Under the pieces are notes generated by a model, which made no database searches, was not told the origin of the DNA, and worked only from the letters and a program-made list of their open reading frames with translations. From positions 322,732 to 386,731 of the forward strand of contig JACKFO010000002.1 in the NCBI GenBank assembly GCA_020632415.1: a stretch of 64,000 nucleotides of DNA, given 5' to 3'. The DNA comes from Candidatus Nomurabacteria bacterium. Its GTDB lineage: Bacteria > Patescibacteriota > Patescibacteriia > UBA1558 > GWA2-36-10. Both the position numbers and the translations under genes were made by a program. This document shows positions 45,120 through 54,015 of this stretch, one piece after another (the stretch's first letter is position 1; every line of letters begins with the position of its first letter).

Positions 45120-45439
45120 AAAATATGCACAAGTACAAGAGCGGGATCATTAAGTAATTTCTGCAAAAAACGCTCAAAATATTCCGGCGTATTTTGATTC
45201 AAACCATCACTTTTCATATCCCTCTCAATCTGATCAAACCTATCATGATGCCACTGAAATAGACGATCAGAATAAACGTACTCCGCATCATCAACACAAT
45301 CCATTCCGAAAGAAAATTTCACTTCAACACCTGAGCTCAAAAAAATAGTCTGTGGCTTCTTGAAACGACGATCAGTGTAATGAGGTTCAAGGCAACCGCT
45401 TTGAAACAATGCCTTTTTGTCGGTGATGCTCAAACTCAT
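45053..45439 (-). CDS. orphan cytoplasmic protein, 128 aa (cassette D, moderately G+C-elevated)
   Basis: GAGGAGG SD 5 nt from ATG 45437-45439 (MSLSITDKKALFQSG...). The track N-terminal extension runs through the promoter and is rejected. Confidence 0.55.
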   Translation of the reverse strand: MSLSITDKKALFQSGCLEPHYTDRRFKKPQTIFLSSGVEVKFSFGMDCVDDAEYVYSDRLFQWHHDRFDQIERDMKSDGLNQNTPEYFERFLQKLLNDPALVLVHILAGCNLANGYPYRIYGFIRGGV

Positions 45440-45500
45440 CTCTACCTCCTCAAAAAATCTTGTGCATTTTTTCTTTTGCTGTGTTAAGAACGAATATATT

Positions 45501-45529
45501 ATAATAACACAAGAATATAAATATGTCAA
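45501..45529 (-). promoter_or_regulatory. promoter of cassette D
   Basis: Minus strand TTGACA (45524-45529), 17 nt, TATTAT (45501-45506). Confidence 0.55.
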
Positions 45530-45534
45530 GAATA

Positions 45535-45563
45535 ACAAAAAACAACCCCCGGTTTGGGGGCTG
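45535..45563 (-). terminator. terminator after the 746-aa surface protein gene
   Basis: Minus strand CAGCCCCC-AAACC-GGGGGTTG followed by TTTTTT. Confidence 0.6.
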
Positions 45564-45576
45564 TTTAAAAGTTTAT

Positions 45577-47817
45577 TTATTCACTAATTTCTATTTTTTC
45601 TTCAATTGCCTTGATTTCTACCGGTTTAACTTCAGCAGGTTTTTCAACTTTGACTTCCACTTTTGCCTCTGGCTTTAATTCTAATGGCTCTACTTTTACC
45701 GACTCTTTTTCTACTTTTTTAACTTCTTTAATCAACTTAACCGGACTTACTGAACCACCACCAAAACTAGGCTTGATCAAATTGATCTGCAAGGCATAAA
45801 AAGCTTGTTCGCCATTTTCAGCAGTCACTTTGACTACCAAAGTATCCTGATTAACAAATTGATATTTAGCTTCTGAAATCATCGGCTTGAGTTGCTCTTG
45901 ATTTTCTGGATAAACTTGCTTATCTGCGCGGTAAACCAACAATTCAACTTGAGCTTGCTGATCTGTGGTTGCAACTTTTACTTGAGATAAATCATAATTA
46001 CCAAATAATTTTACTTGTGCTGGTTTACTTAAGTCCAATTCTTTTCCTAAATACAAGCCGGCTAATTTTACAAAATCATTATTGGCAATTGTCAATGAAG
46101 TCAAAGTATTATCAGCGCTATAGACAATCGCTTGATAAGTCACTGTTACTTTATAAAGTTTTTGCTCACCGTTTTCTGCTGTCACTCTAATCACGATAAC
46201 ATCATTTGGCAAAAGGGGTTCTCTGCCTACTATATCTAAACCAAGATCATATTTCCAAGTAGTCCAAACTCCATCACGATAAATCAAAACTTCCACGTCA
46301 GCATTTTCCCGATCATTAGCAAAGGCTTGTACGCCTTTGAAATTATCAAAATCTTCTACTTCCAAAATAGCTCCTGTACTAGTAGCACTTTCTACCTCTA
46401 CACCTGGTAGATCCAAAACGTTTTGATTGCCAACTGCAAAATATTGCAAGGTATTATCACTACCTAATTCACTACTTTGTTCAACTAGAGTATCTCCTTG
46501 TAATAAATTTAATCGGTATAAATATTTATTACCACTAATGTCTTCTAACCACAAAATCATTACTTCGCCAGCATGTAAATCCATTTCCGCTAATAACTCA
46601 TCAGTACCCGGGTAAAGCAAGCTCCAAGGCACCCAATAATCATTCCAAGTATACAAAACAGCCTTTTCTAAATTTTCAATGTTATCTAATTCAATAGTAA
46701 TTCCTTGGGCTGTTTCAAAATCAAGAATTTCTAAATTAGCTCCAAAGTCAATCATGTTCATACTTGGGTACTGCATTTTCAAACCAGGCAAACCCAGCAC
46801 ACTTTGTCCATTTACTTCAAAATCGATCAAATAATCAGAAGATAATCTTGGCTCGTCTACATATATTTTTACCTTGTACCAGCTATTAGTTTGACCATCT
46901 TCAGCAGTAATGCCTAAAGCCAAAACATCATTAGCTTCAAAAGATAAAGAATCTAAAACTTCTTCAGATCCTGGATATAAAATATCATAAGGAATCCAAT
47001 AACCTCTAAAAATATAAAGAATTCCTCTGCTGATTTTATCACTATTTGTAGTAATCTGAGTACCAATAAAATTATCTATATCATCAACCATTAAAGCAAC
47101 TCCTGGAAGAGAACTAAGCCAACCCTGGCTAGTTGCTGGCTCTGAACCTGGCAAACCAATGATCTCCTGACCGCCAACAACCCAACTTAATAAAGTAGAA
47201 TCAGTACTAGTAGTGTATTGATTTCCTTCTGGGTCAACACTTTCGTTGCCGCCATTTCCTCCGCCATTGGAAGAGCCCCCAGAATTAGATCCTCCACCTC
47301 CGCCAGAAATAAATCCTTGATTATTATTTTGATTATCAGTATTTTCATCTACTGGTAAATTTTCATTATCAAGATCAACTAAACATTGCCCGACGTCAAA
47401 ACCAGTAGCCGCAGCAACAATCACATCGGCACAGGGATCGTATTCTTCTTCAACAAGTGGGATTTCTTCTACGACCGGCTCTTGAATTGCTAAATCTTTT
47501 CCGGAAAGATCGTAATCTTTTTCTTTAGTATCTGTATAAGGAGCTGTACCAAACAAACCATAAGTGTCTGCTGGCACTCCTGAAACTTGCCATTCTGGAC
47601 CAAATTCTTGATCACCCAAAACTTGCTGAATTGGTTCAAGATTCTGTTCAATGACCGTTGTGTCTCCCAAAGCCAAAGGATCGGTTTCGGTTTTTCCAAA
47701 GCTAATTACGCTTTGAATAGAGGCGTAAGCACCTAGCACAAATAAAAGAAACAAAAGAAGATACTTGCGCTGCTTCTTTTTTTCCTGATAAATGCTTTCA
47801 TTAAAATCTTCCTGCAT
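45577..47817 (-). CDS. membrane-anchored surface protein with repeated cadherin-like beta-sandwich domains, Gly/Ser/Asn tract and KVE-repeat tail (746 aa)
   Basis: N-terminal anchor KKQRKYLLLFLLFVLGAYASIQ. Repeated domain ends VIRVTAENGEQKLYKVTVTY, VVKVTAENGEQAFYALQINL, LGITAEDGQTNSWYKVKIYV. GGGGGSNSGGSSNGGGNGGN tract. Confidence 0.65.
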   Translation of the reverse strand: MQEDFNESIYQEKKKQRKYLLLFLLFVLGAYASIQSVISFGKTETDPLALGDTTVIEQNLEPIQQVLGDQEFGPEWQVSGVPADTYGLFGTAPYTDTKEKDYDLSGKDLAIQEPVVEEIPLVEEEYDPCADVIVAAATGFDVGQCLVDLDNENLPVDENTDNQNNNQGFISGGGGGSNSGGSSNGGGNGGNESVDPEGNQYTTSTDSTLLSWVVGGQEIIGLPGSEPATSQGWLSSLPGVALMVDDIDNFIGTQITTNSDKISRGILYIFRGYWIPYDILYPGSEEVLDSLSFEANDVLALGITAEDGQTNSWYKVKIYVDEPRLSSDYLIDFEVNGQSVLGLPGLKMQYPSMNMIDFGANLEILDFETAQGITIELDNIENLEKAVLYTWNDYWVPWSLLYPGTDELLAEMDLHAGEVMILWLEDISGNKYLYRLNLLQGDTLVEQSSELGSDNTLQYFAVGNQNVLDLPGVEVESATSTGAILEVEDFDNFKGVQAFANDRENADVEVLIYRDGVWTTWKYDLGLDIVGREPLLPNDVIVIRVTAENGEQKLYKVTVTYQAIVYSADNTLTSLTIANNDFVKLAGLYLGKELDLSKPAQVKLFGNYDLSQVKVATTDQQAQVELLVYRADKQVYPENQEQLKPMISEAKYQFVNQDTLVVKVTAENGEQAFYALQINLIKPSFGGGSVSPVKLIKEVKKVEKESVKVEPLELKPEAKVEVKVEKPAEVKPVEIKAIEEKIEISE

Positions 47818-47881
47818 ATATTTTAAGATAATTTATTTTATAATCTGACAATTTTCCATCTTTACTATACCATAATTCACG

Positions 47882-47911
47882 AAAAAATAAAAACCCCTGC
47901 GCGTCAGGGAT
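47882..47911 (-). terminator. terminator after the 559-aa surface protein gene
   Basis: Minus strand CCCTG-ACGCG-CAGGG followed by GTTTTTATTTTTT. Confidence 0.5.
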
Positions 47912-47929
47912 TTTTATCTAGTATATATT

Positions 47930-49609
47930 TTATCTATTTTCTAAAACTGGAATGTTTTCCGGTTTAATTTCTTCCACTGACTTTTGAGCGTCTTGCTCGA
48001 TCATTTGCGGTTTTTCTTCAATTTCTACTAATTCTTCACTATCTTGAAATTCAATTACTTCTATCTCTACTGGTTTAATTTCTTCCTTGATCTGAATTGG
48101 TGAAATACGGGCTGTGCCGCCACCAGAACGAATTGGCTTGATAATTTGTTCTTTTTTAGTAATTTCTTCTTTGCCTACTATCAAAACTTCAACATCTTCT
48201 TTGCTTAATTCAGTTACTGGAACTTTTGGTAAAATAGTAACTTTATACAAAGTTTCAGTTAAACCATTTTCAGAAACCACCCTGACGACAATCACATCGT
48301 TTAAAGTAAATTCTTTTTTGCTTAACTCATCAATGTCTTTGTTTTCCCATAATTGCCATTTTTTGTCTCTTAACAAAGAAACTCCCAAATAACTAGCATC
48401 TGGATCATTAGCTTCTACAAATAAGCTATTTAAATCGATGGAATCAACACAAGCATGATCTGACCATTCATGACAATTTTCTTCGCTGATTACTGGTACA
48501 AATAAACTCGCGCCTTCATCTTCCATTTTGGCAACTTTGACATTGTCTAATTTTAAAATATCATTTTGACCGATGCTAAATTTCTGCAAACTTGCATCAT
48601 TAACTTGATTGCCGATGATATTTAATTTATAAAAAGCTTGAGTTGTGCCATCTTCGGCAACTACCGTTACCTGGATAACATCACCGGGCAAAATATTTTC
48701 TTTATGTAAAGATAAAATCTTTTCGTTTTCCCAAATAAAAGTTGGTGCTGGGTAAACCAAAATTGCACTTGGACGGACAATTTCTACTTTAATATAACTA
48801 ATGTTTTGATCTTCTGGCTCTAAAAATAAACCAAGAAAATTTTTGTTTGGATCTAAACAAGTTTGACTAGAAACTTCTGTTTCTGAACAAAAATAATCAT
48901 CAATTAACAAATTTGCTCCTGTTTCAGTAAAATCTTTGACTGTTAAATTAGCAAAAGGCAAAACATCAACGAAATCAACTTTAAAAATGTTTAAGTTAGC
49001 ATTATCAGACAAAACGATTTCCGATCCGCCTCCGCCACCATTACCGCCTCCGCCATAAATAGGTCTAGTGGAAGTAGGGGTTGAAGTAGCCTCTTCATCT
49101 TGCAATAAATCTTGTAAATCTTCCCACATCAACAAACACTGATTAACAACGTCATCATTAATATCTTCTGGATTTAAAGCAGCCATCACAATATCAGCCT
49201 CAATACAATCGTCTAAAGTTAAATCTGTCAAAAGATCTTCAGTTGAAGTAGATAAGTCTTCTGCTGGAGCAACAGGAACTTTTGGTGGAGCTACAAAATT
49301 TGGTCTTTGACCACCAATTCCACCGACAAAGTCATCGGTACTAGTGCTTGACTCATCGGCCACTTCTTCTACCAAAAGCTGTTCAGATGCAACTTCTTGA
49401 TTATTATCGCTAATTTCTGGTGCTTCATCACGACCAAAAACGATAATACTTTGAATTAAGGCATAAACACCTAAAGCAAACAAAAACCAAAAAAAGAATT
49501 TCTTTTTCTTCTTTTCTTCTGGCTGAGGATTTTGATCCAAATTTTCAGTTGGCGTTTGAGCAACTTGATTGTCTGGTGATTGATCTAAATTATTTTGATT
49601 TTCTTCCAT
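47930..49609 (-). CDS. paralogous membrane-anchored surface protein with cadherin-like beta-sandwich domains (559 aa)
   Basis: Same architecture as the downstream gene: anchor KKKKKFFFWFLFALGVYALIQ, GGGGNGGGGGS tract, domain ends VIQVTVVAEDGTTQAFYKLNII and VVRVVSENGLTETLYKVTIL. Confidence 0.65.
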   Translation of the reverse strand: MEENQNNLDQSPDNQVAQTPTENLDQNPQPEEKKKKKFFFWFLFALGVYALIQSIIVFGRDEAPEISDNNQEVASEQLLVEEVADESSTSTDDFVGGIGGQRPNFVAPPKVPVAPAEDLSTSTEDLLTDLTLDDCIEADIVMAALNPEDINDDVVNQCLLMWEDLQDLLQDEEATSTPTSTRPIYGGGGNGGGGGSEIVLSDNANLNIFKVDFVDVLPFANLTVKDFTETGANLLIDDYFCSETEVSSQTCLDPNKNFLGLFLEPEDQNISYIKVEIVRPSAILVYPAPTFIWENEKILSLHKENILPGDVIQVTVVAEDGTTQAFYKLNIIGNQVNDASLQKFSIGQNDILKLDNVKVAKMEDEGASLFVPVISEENCHEWSDHACVDSIDLNSLFVEANDPDASYLGVSLLRDKKWQLWENKDIDELSKKEFTLNDVIVVRVVSENGLTETLYKVTILPKVPVTELSKEDVEVLIVGKEEITKKEQIIKPIRSGGGTARISPIQIKEEIKPVEIEVIEFQDSEELVEIEEKPQMIEQDAQKSVEEIKPENIPVLENR

Positions 49610-49733
49610 ATTTTTATATAAATTATTGACGTTTCATTATAACATATTTAAATTTTAAGGCAAATCATCTCTGATATGATACCAAAAAATTACATAATTC
49701 AACTTTTGCGGATAATAACATATTTTATATATT

Positions 49734-49775
49734 CTGTCAATATGTATTGACAGAAAAGTAAATATATGATATAAA
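49734..49775 (+). promoter_or_regulatory. promoter of cassette E with 20-bp perfect palindrome over the -35 box
   Basis: CTGTCAATA-TG-TATTGACAG at 49734-49753. TTGACA 49747-49752, 17 nt, TGaTATAAA (-10 at 49770-49775). The palindrome also creates a TTGACA on the opposite strand. Confidence 0.6.
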
Positions 49776-49893
49776 AATACATTAATTACGTTCCTTACAA
49801 AGGAGATTGTTATAGTGTCTAGATTAACTAGATCATAGTTAGTTTGCACACTGTAACAGTCTTTCAACAATCCTCAAACAGGAGAACAAAGCC

Positions 49894-49962
49894 ATGTTCA
49901 AAAAGTGGTTTCCTAATCAAAGCAACCAGAGAGAGTCGACGTCTTCAACGCGAGTTGAGTAA
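49894..49962 (+). CDS. possible upstream micro-ORF, 22 aa (MFKKWFPNQSNQRESTSSTRVE)
   Basis: AGGAG 9 nt upstream of the ATG. It ends 17 nt before the main cassette E ORF. Confidence 0.3.
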   Translation: MFKKWFPNQSNQRESTSSTRVE

Positions 49963-49979
49963 GCCTTAAGGAGGGAACA

Positions 49980-50429
49980 ATGAGTCCCAAGACCAAATTT
50001 TACTGCTGGCTGGCGGCGATGACCGTCATCACTCTGACGACTCTTTTTGTTGTCAACGCAGTGAGTGGTAATCCCACATTAGCCATATCCGCCGCATTCG
50101 GCGCGTTCGCTATCACCGTAATAGTCGCGCTCGCTGTCGCCACATCATCTGTCGTGCTCGCCGGACTCATCGCACTCCTGATCGCCAGCGGAGGCGGAGT
50201 GGTCGCGTGCGCTGTCGCACTCCTGATCACCGCCAGAGCCGGAGTGGTCGCGAACGTCGACGCATTCGCCGGACTCGCCGCCGCATCCTTAGCATTCGCC
50301 ATATCCGTCGTAATTATCTTCATCCTTTCTGCTTATAAGAGCACTCTTTCCAAGAGGCATATCCTTCTTTCAATGACGGTGGTATCCATTGTCATCGCCA
50401 CCCCGATGCTCTACCTCGCACTGCAGTAG
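49980..50429 (+). CDS. orphan Ala/Val/Ile-rich polytopic membrane protein, 149 aa (G+C-rich cassette E)
   Basis: AAGGAGGG SD. Almost entirely hydrophobic sequence with an internal duplicated segment. The antisense ORF 50000..50323 is an artefact of high G+C. Confidence 0.55.
   Translation: MSPKTKFYCWLAAMTVITLTTLFVVNAVSGNPTLAISAAFGAFAITVIVALAVATSSVVLAGLIALLIASGGGVVACAVALLITARAGVVANVDAFAGLAAASLAFAISVVIIFILSAYKSTLSKRHILLSMTVVSIVIATPMLYLALQ
50170..50252. repeat. internal tandem duplication (about 45-nt period) inside the cassette E ORF
   Basis: TCGCACTCCTGATC at 50170 and 50215; GGAGTGGTCGCG at 50196 and 50241. Gives peptide IALLIASGGGVVAC / ALLITARAGVVAN. Confidence 0.8.
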
Positions 50430-50463
50430 AACATTGAAACATTGACTGTTTGAAGACCAAAGT

Positions 50464-50499
50464 CCCTCACGTGCACTATGACGTGAGGGCTTTTATTTT
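50464..50499 (+). terminator. terminator of cassette E, T-run overlapping the stop codon of the convergent SDR gene
   Basis: CCCTCACGT-8 nt-ACGTGAGGG followed by CTTTTATTTT. Confidence 0.75.
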
Positions 50500-51203
50500 C
50501 TTTCTAAATGTTGGAACGGATCAACCACTGCTCCGCTTTTGTATTTTTGCTGTTGACTAATTGTTTCGCCAATAATTTGAGCTGTCTCCTCTGGCTGATA
50601 CAAAGCCTGACGTCCTTGTTTAAAAGCTTTTTTAAACAAAGCAGTATTAGTTGCTCCTGGAGTAACTGTCAAAACTTTGACAGTTTTCAAATCTTTGGCC
50701 AAAGATTGACCAAAACCAACCACACCAAATTTTGAAGCACAATACACGGAAAATTCTTTTTTACCTTCCAAGCCAGCGCCAGAGGAAATATTCACAATCA
50801 ATCCTCTGCTCTTTTTTAAATTTGGCAAAAAATATTTTGACATCAAGATTGTTGCCTGCAAATTAACAACTAAGGTTTTGACAATTGCCTGATCTTGATA
50901 AGTTTCTAAAAGACCTGCCAGTGGCACGCCGGCGTTATTTAACAAAACATCAATTCTCTGATTCTTGAGTTTAGTGGCGATTTTTTTTATTTGTTGAACT
51001 TTTTCTAAATCAATGACAAAAGTCTGAATTGTTATCTTTTCTTTTTCGGCTAAAGTTTTGGCTTTTTTTTGCCAAGTTCCTCTTTTTTTATCCAATAGAA
51101 TCAAATCAAAATTATTTTTGGCCAGCCAACAAGCCGTAGCCCAACCAATCCCTTGAGCCGCTCCGGTGATCAAAACTGTTTTGGAAGCTTTTGAAAAAAT
51201 CAT
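50493..51203 (-). CDS. SDR family oxidoreductase
   Basis: VLITGAAQGIGWA cofactor motif, NNAG, and the catalytic S...YCASK pattern. Confidence 0.85.
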   Translation of the reverse strand: MIFSKASKTVLITGAAQGIGWATACWLAKNNFDLILLDKKRGTWQKKAKTLAEKEKITIQTFVIDLEKVQQIKKIATKLKNQRIDVLLNNAGVPLAGLLETYQDQAIVKTLVVNLQATILMSKYFLPNLKKSRGLIVNISSGAGLEGKKEFSVYCASKFGVVGFGQSLAKDLKTVKVLTVTPGATNTALFKKAFKQGRQALYQPEETAQIIGETISQQQKYKSGAVVDPFQHLERK

Positions 51204-53881
51204 AAGTTTTTAACTTTAACTTTTTTATAATAAAAAATAAAAATAGTTTTAATGATTTCAATTGCTAAAATTACTCCCACTAAAAAGACCAAAATTACTC
51301 GCCACTCAGACCAAGTCAAAGGTACGGTGTGCAAAGCTTGATTTAAAAACGGTAGATAAATTGCTGCTAATTGTAAAAATAAACCAAAAACTACAGCTAA
51401 ATTTAAATATTGATTTTGAAAAGGATGGGAAGTAAAAATACTGTGTTTTAAACTACGAATACTAAAAACATAAAATAAAGTATCAAGGCCCAAGGCTGTA
51501 AAGACCACAGTACGAGCTAAGTCTTCGTCACCATGTCGCCAAAACCACCAAAAAATCCACAAACTAGATAAAGCGGTAATCAAACTAATAATAAAAATCA
51601 AAAATTTTCCTTCAAAATCAAGCAAAGTTTTTTTGTTTAATTTAGACTTGGCATTCATCGCCTCTTCATCTTCTGGTTCCATAGTCAAAGCCAAATTTGG
51701 CAAACCATCGCTGACCAAGTTGATCCACAAAATCTGCGCTGTGGCAATCGGCAAAGGCCAACCCAAAAGCATCGCTAAAAAAATTATAATAATCTCTGAA
51801 AAACTATCAGACAATAAATATAAAATAACTTTGCGAACATTATCAAAAATAACTCGTCCTTGCCTGATTGCTGTAACGATAGTTTTAAAATTATTGTCCA
51901 ACAAAACTAGATCTGCTACTTCTTTGGCAACATCCGAGCCAGAAGAAACTGCTACGCCGATGTCGGCTGCTTTCAAAGCCGGTGCATCATTGACGCCATC
52001 GCCAGTCATCGAAACGATCTCTCCTTTTTTTTGCCAAGCTTTAACAATTCTTAATTTATCAGCCGGAGTTACCCGAGCATAGACTTGCACTTCATCGATC
52101 TTTTTTTCTAGCTCAAGATCGCTCATTTTTAATAAATCTTCACCGCCCAAAATATTTTTCTGCTCTATTTTTAAACCCAAATCTTCGGCAATTTTACTGG
52201 CTGTAAATTTATTGTCTCCAGTGATAATAATTGTCTTAATCCCGGCTTTTAAAGCAATTTCAATCGTCTCTTTAGTATCTTGACGCAAAGGATCAGAAAG
52301 ACCCCAAAGGCCAACAAAAATCAAATCATGCGGATTTGTCTGACAAATTTTGATATCTTTTTCTTTCCGAGGAATTAATTTATAAGCTCCAGCTAATACT
52401 CGCAAACCTTCGGAACTTAAATCTTGCCAAACCTTCAAAAAATGATCGCGCTTTGCTTTGTTTAGTTTAACTACTTTATTCTGATTTAAATAAAAGTCTG
52501 AAAATTGAAAAACTTTTTCTGGTGCACCTTTGAAAAAAATAATGTCATGTTGATGGTCATAGCTATGTCTAGTGACCATGTACTTGTATTTTGAATCAAA
52601 AGGAATTTCTTCTTTTCTTCTAAAACGATGTTCTAAATCTTTAATTTTTGCCAGCTGTGAACCAAATAATAACAAGGCTTTTTCTGTTGGGCTGCCCAAG
52701 ACCAACCAATCATCGATCGCATCATTAGGATTTTGCACAGCGGCATCATTACACATCATAGCAATTTGCATCAAACGCTCAATTTCTTTATCTTGTTTTT
52801 GATCTTTCCAAGAGCTGTCGCTTAAGCTAAATAAATGCTGACTAGTAAAAATCTTAGTCACTCGCATCTCTCCTTCAGTCAAAGTACCGGTTTTATCGGT
52901 ACAAATCAAAGTCGTTGAACCCAAAGTTTCTGCTGAAACAAGCTTCCTAACCAAACCGTTGTTTTTCAAAATTCGCTGCATGCCAATCGTCAAAATCATT
53001 GTCACGCCGATCACCAAACCTTCAGGGATTGCTGAAACCGCTAAAGCTACGGCGACAGTAAACATCTCTACTATTGGCTGTCCTTCAACTAAACCTAAAA
53101 AGAAAACAAGCAAAGCAATGACAACAATGATTTTGGTAATATTTTTAGCAAATTGATCAAGATTTTTTTGTAAAGGAGTTTTCTCATCTTCTGTTTCTTT
53201 GAGCAAACTAGTAATTTGACCTATTTCTGTTGCCAAGCCAGTATTTGTCACTATTACTCGCGCGCGACCTTCCACAACCAAAGTGCCCATAAAAACAGAA
53301 TTACTACGTTCAGCTAAAACCGTTCCTTTTTCTAAAACTTTTAGATTTTTTTCCTGCGGCCAAGACTCTCCAGTCAAAGTTGCCTCATTGACTCTAAAAT
53401 TATTTATCTCTAACAATCTTCCATCAGCCGGAACTCTGTCTCCGGCTTGTAAAACAATCAGATCACCAGGAACCAAAAATCTGCTTTCAATTTTTTGTTC
53501 CTGTCCGTCACGAATCACTACACTTTCTTGTTTAACTACTTTGTTTAGTTTTTGTAGCGACTGATTAGCTTTTTTCTCCTGCCAAAAACCAATCACCACA
53601 TTCAAAAGTACTGCCGCAAAAATAACATAAGCGTCTACAAACTCTCCAAAAACAAAGCTAATCAAAGCTGCAATTATCAAAACATAAACCAAAGCACTTT
53701 TGAATTGCGACCAAAACAAACGCCAAGCAGAAAATTTTTCTGCTTGCGCTAAAACATTAAGGTCATGACTATCTTGGCGCTTTTCTGCTTCTTTTTGTTT
53801 AAGGCCAAATTTTGTAGCTTCTAAATTCTGAAAAATTTTATCTAAAGCCAAATGATGCCAAACGATTTTTGTTTTGTGCAT
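51200..53881 (-). CDS. cation-transporting P-type ATPase (Ca2+-ATPase-like, type II)
   Basis: TGES, ICTDKTGTLT, MTGDGVNDAPALK motifs and 10 TM-type topology. Start moved to MHKTKIV (53879-53881). Confidence 0.88.
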   Translation of the reverse strand: MHKTKIVWHHLALDKIFQNLEATKFGLKQKEAEKRQDSHDLNVLAQAEKFSAWRLFWSQFKSALVYVLIIAALISFVFGEFVDAYVIFAAVLLNVVIGFWQEKKANQSLQKLNKVVKQESVVIRDGQEQKIESRFLVPGDLIVLQAGDRVPADGRLLEINNFRVNEATLTGESWPQEKNLKVLEKGTVLAERSNSVFMGTLVVEGRARVIVTNTGLATEIGQITSLLKETEDEKTPLQKNLDQFAKNITKIIVVIALLVFFLGLVEGQPIVEMFTVAVALAVSAIPEGLVIGVTMILTIGMQRILKNNGLVRKLVSAETLGSTTLICTDKTGTLTEGEMRVTKIFTSQHLFSLSDSSWKDQKQDKEIERLMQIAMMCNDAAVQNPNDAIDDWLVLGSPTEKALLLFGSQLAKIKDLEHRFRRKEEIPFDSKYKYMVTRHSYDHQHDIIFFKGAPEKVFQFSDFYLNQNKVVKLNKAKRDHFLKVWQDLSSEGLRVLAGAYKLIPRKEKDIKICQTNPHDLIFVGLWGLSDPLRQDTKETIEIALKAGIKTIIITGDNKFTASKIAEDLGLKIEQKNILGGEDLLKMSDLELEKKIDEVQVYARVTPADKLRIVKAWQKKGEIVSMTGDGVNDAPALKAADIGVAVSSGSDVAKEVADLVLLDNNFKTIVTAIRQGRVIFDNVRKVILYLLSDSFSEIIIIFLAMLLGWPLPIATAQILWINLVSDGLPNLALTMEPEDEEAMNAKSKLNKKTLLDFEGKFLIFIISLITALSSLWIFWWFWRHGDEDLARTVVFTALGLDTLFYVFSIRSLKHSIFTSHPFQNQYLNLAVVFGLFLQLAAIYLPFLNQALHTVPLTWSEWRVILVFLVGVILAIEIIKTIFIFYYKKVKVKNL

Positions 53882-53922
53882 GTTTATATTATACCATAAA
53901 ATGCAGTAATTCATATCTACTA

Positions 53923-53951
53923 TTGACAAATAAATACTTTTATGATAATAT
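53923..53951 (+). promoter_or_regulatory. promoter of cassette F
   Basis: TTGACA 53923-53928, 17 nt, TGaTAATAT (-10 at 53946-53951). Confidence 0.5.
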
Positions 53952-54015
53952 TCAAAATCTAAAATTGTCCTTTTCGCTTTTCAATAACCAATCACCTCAA
54001 GCAACCGGAGCAAAA

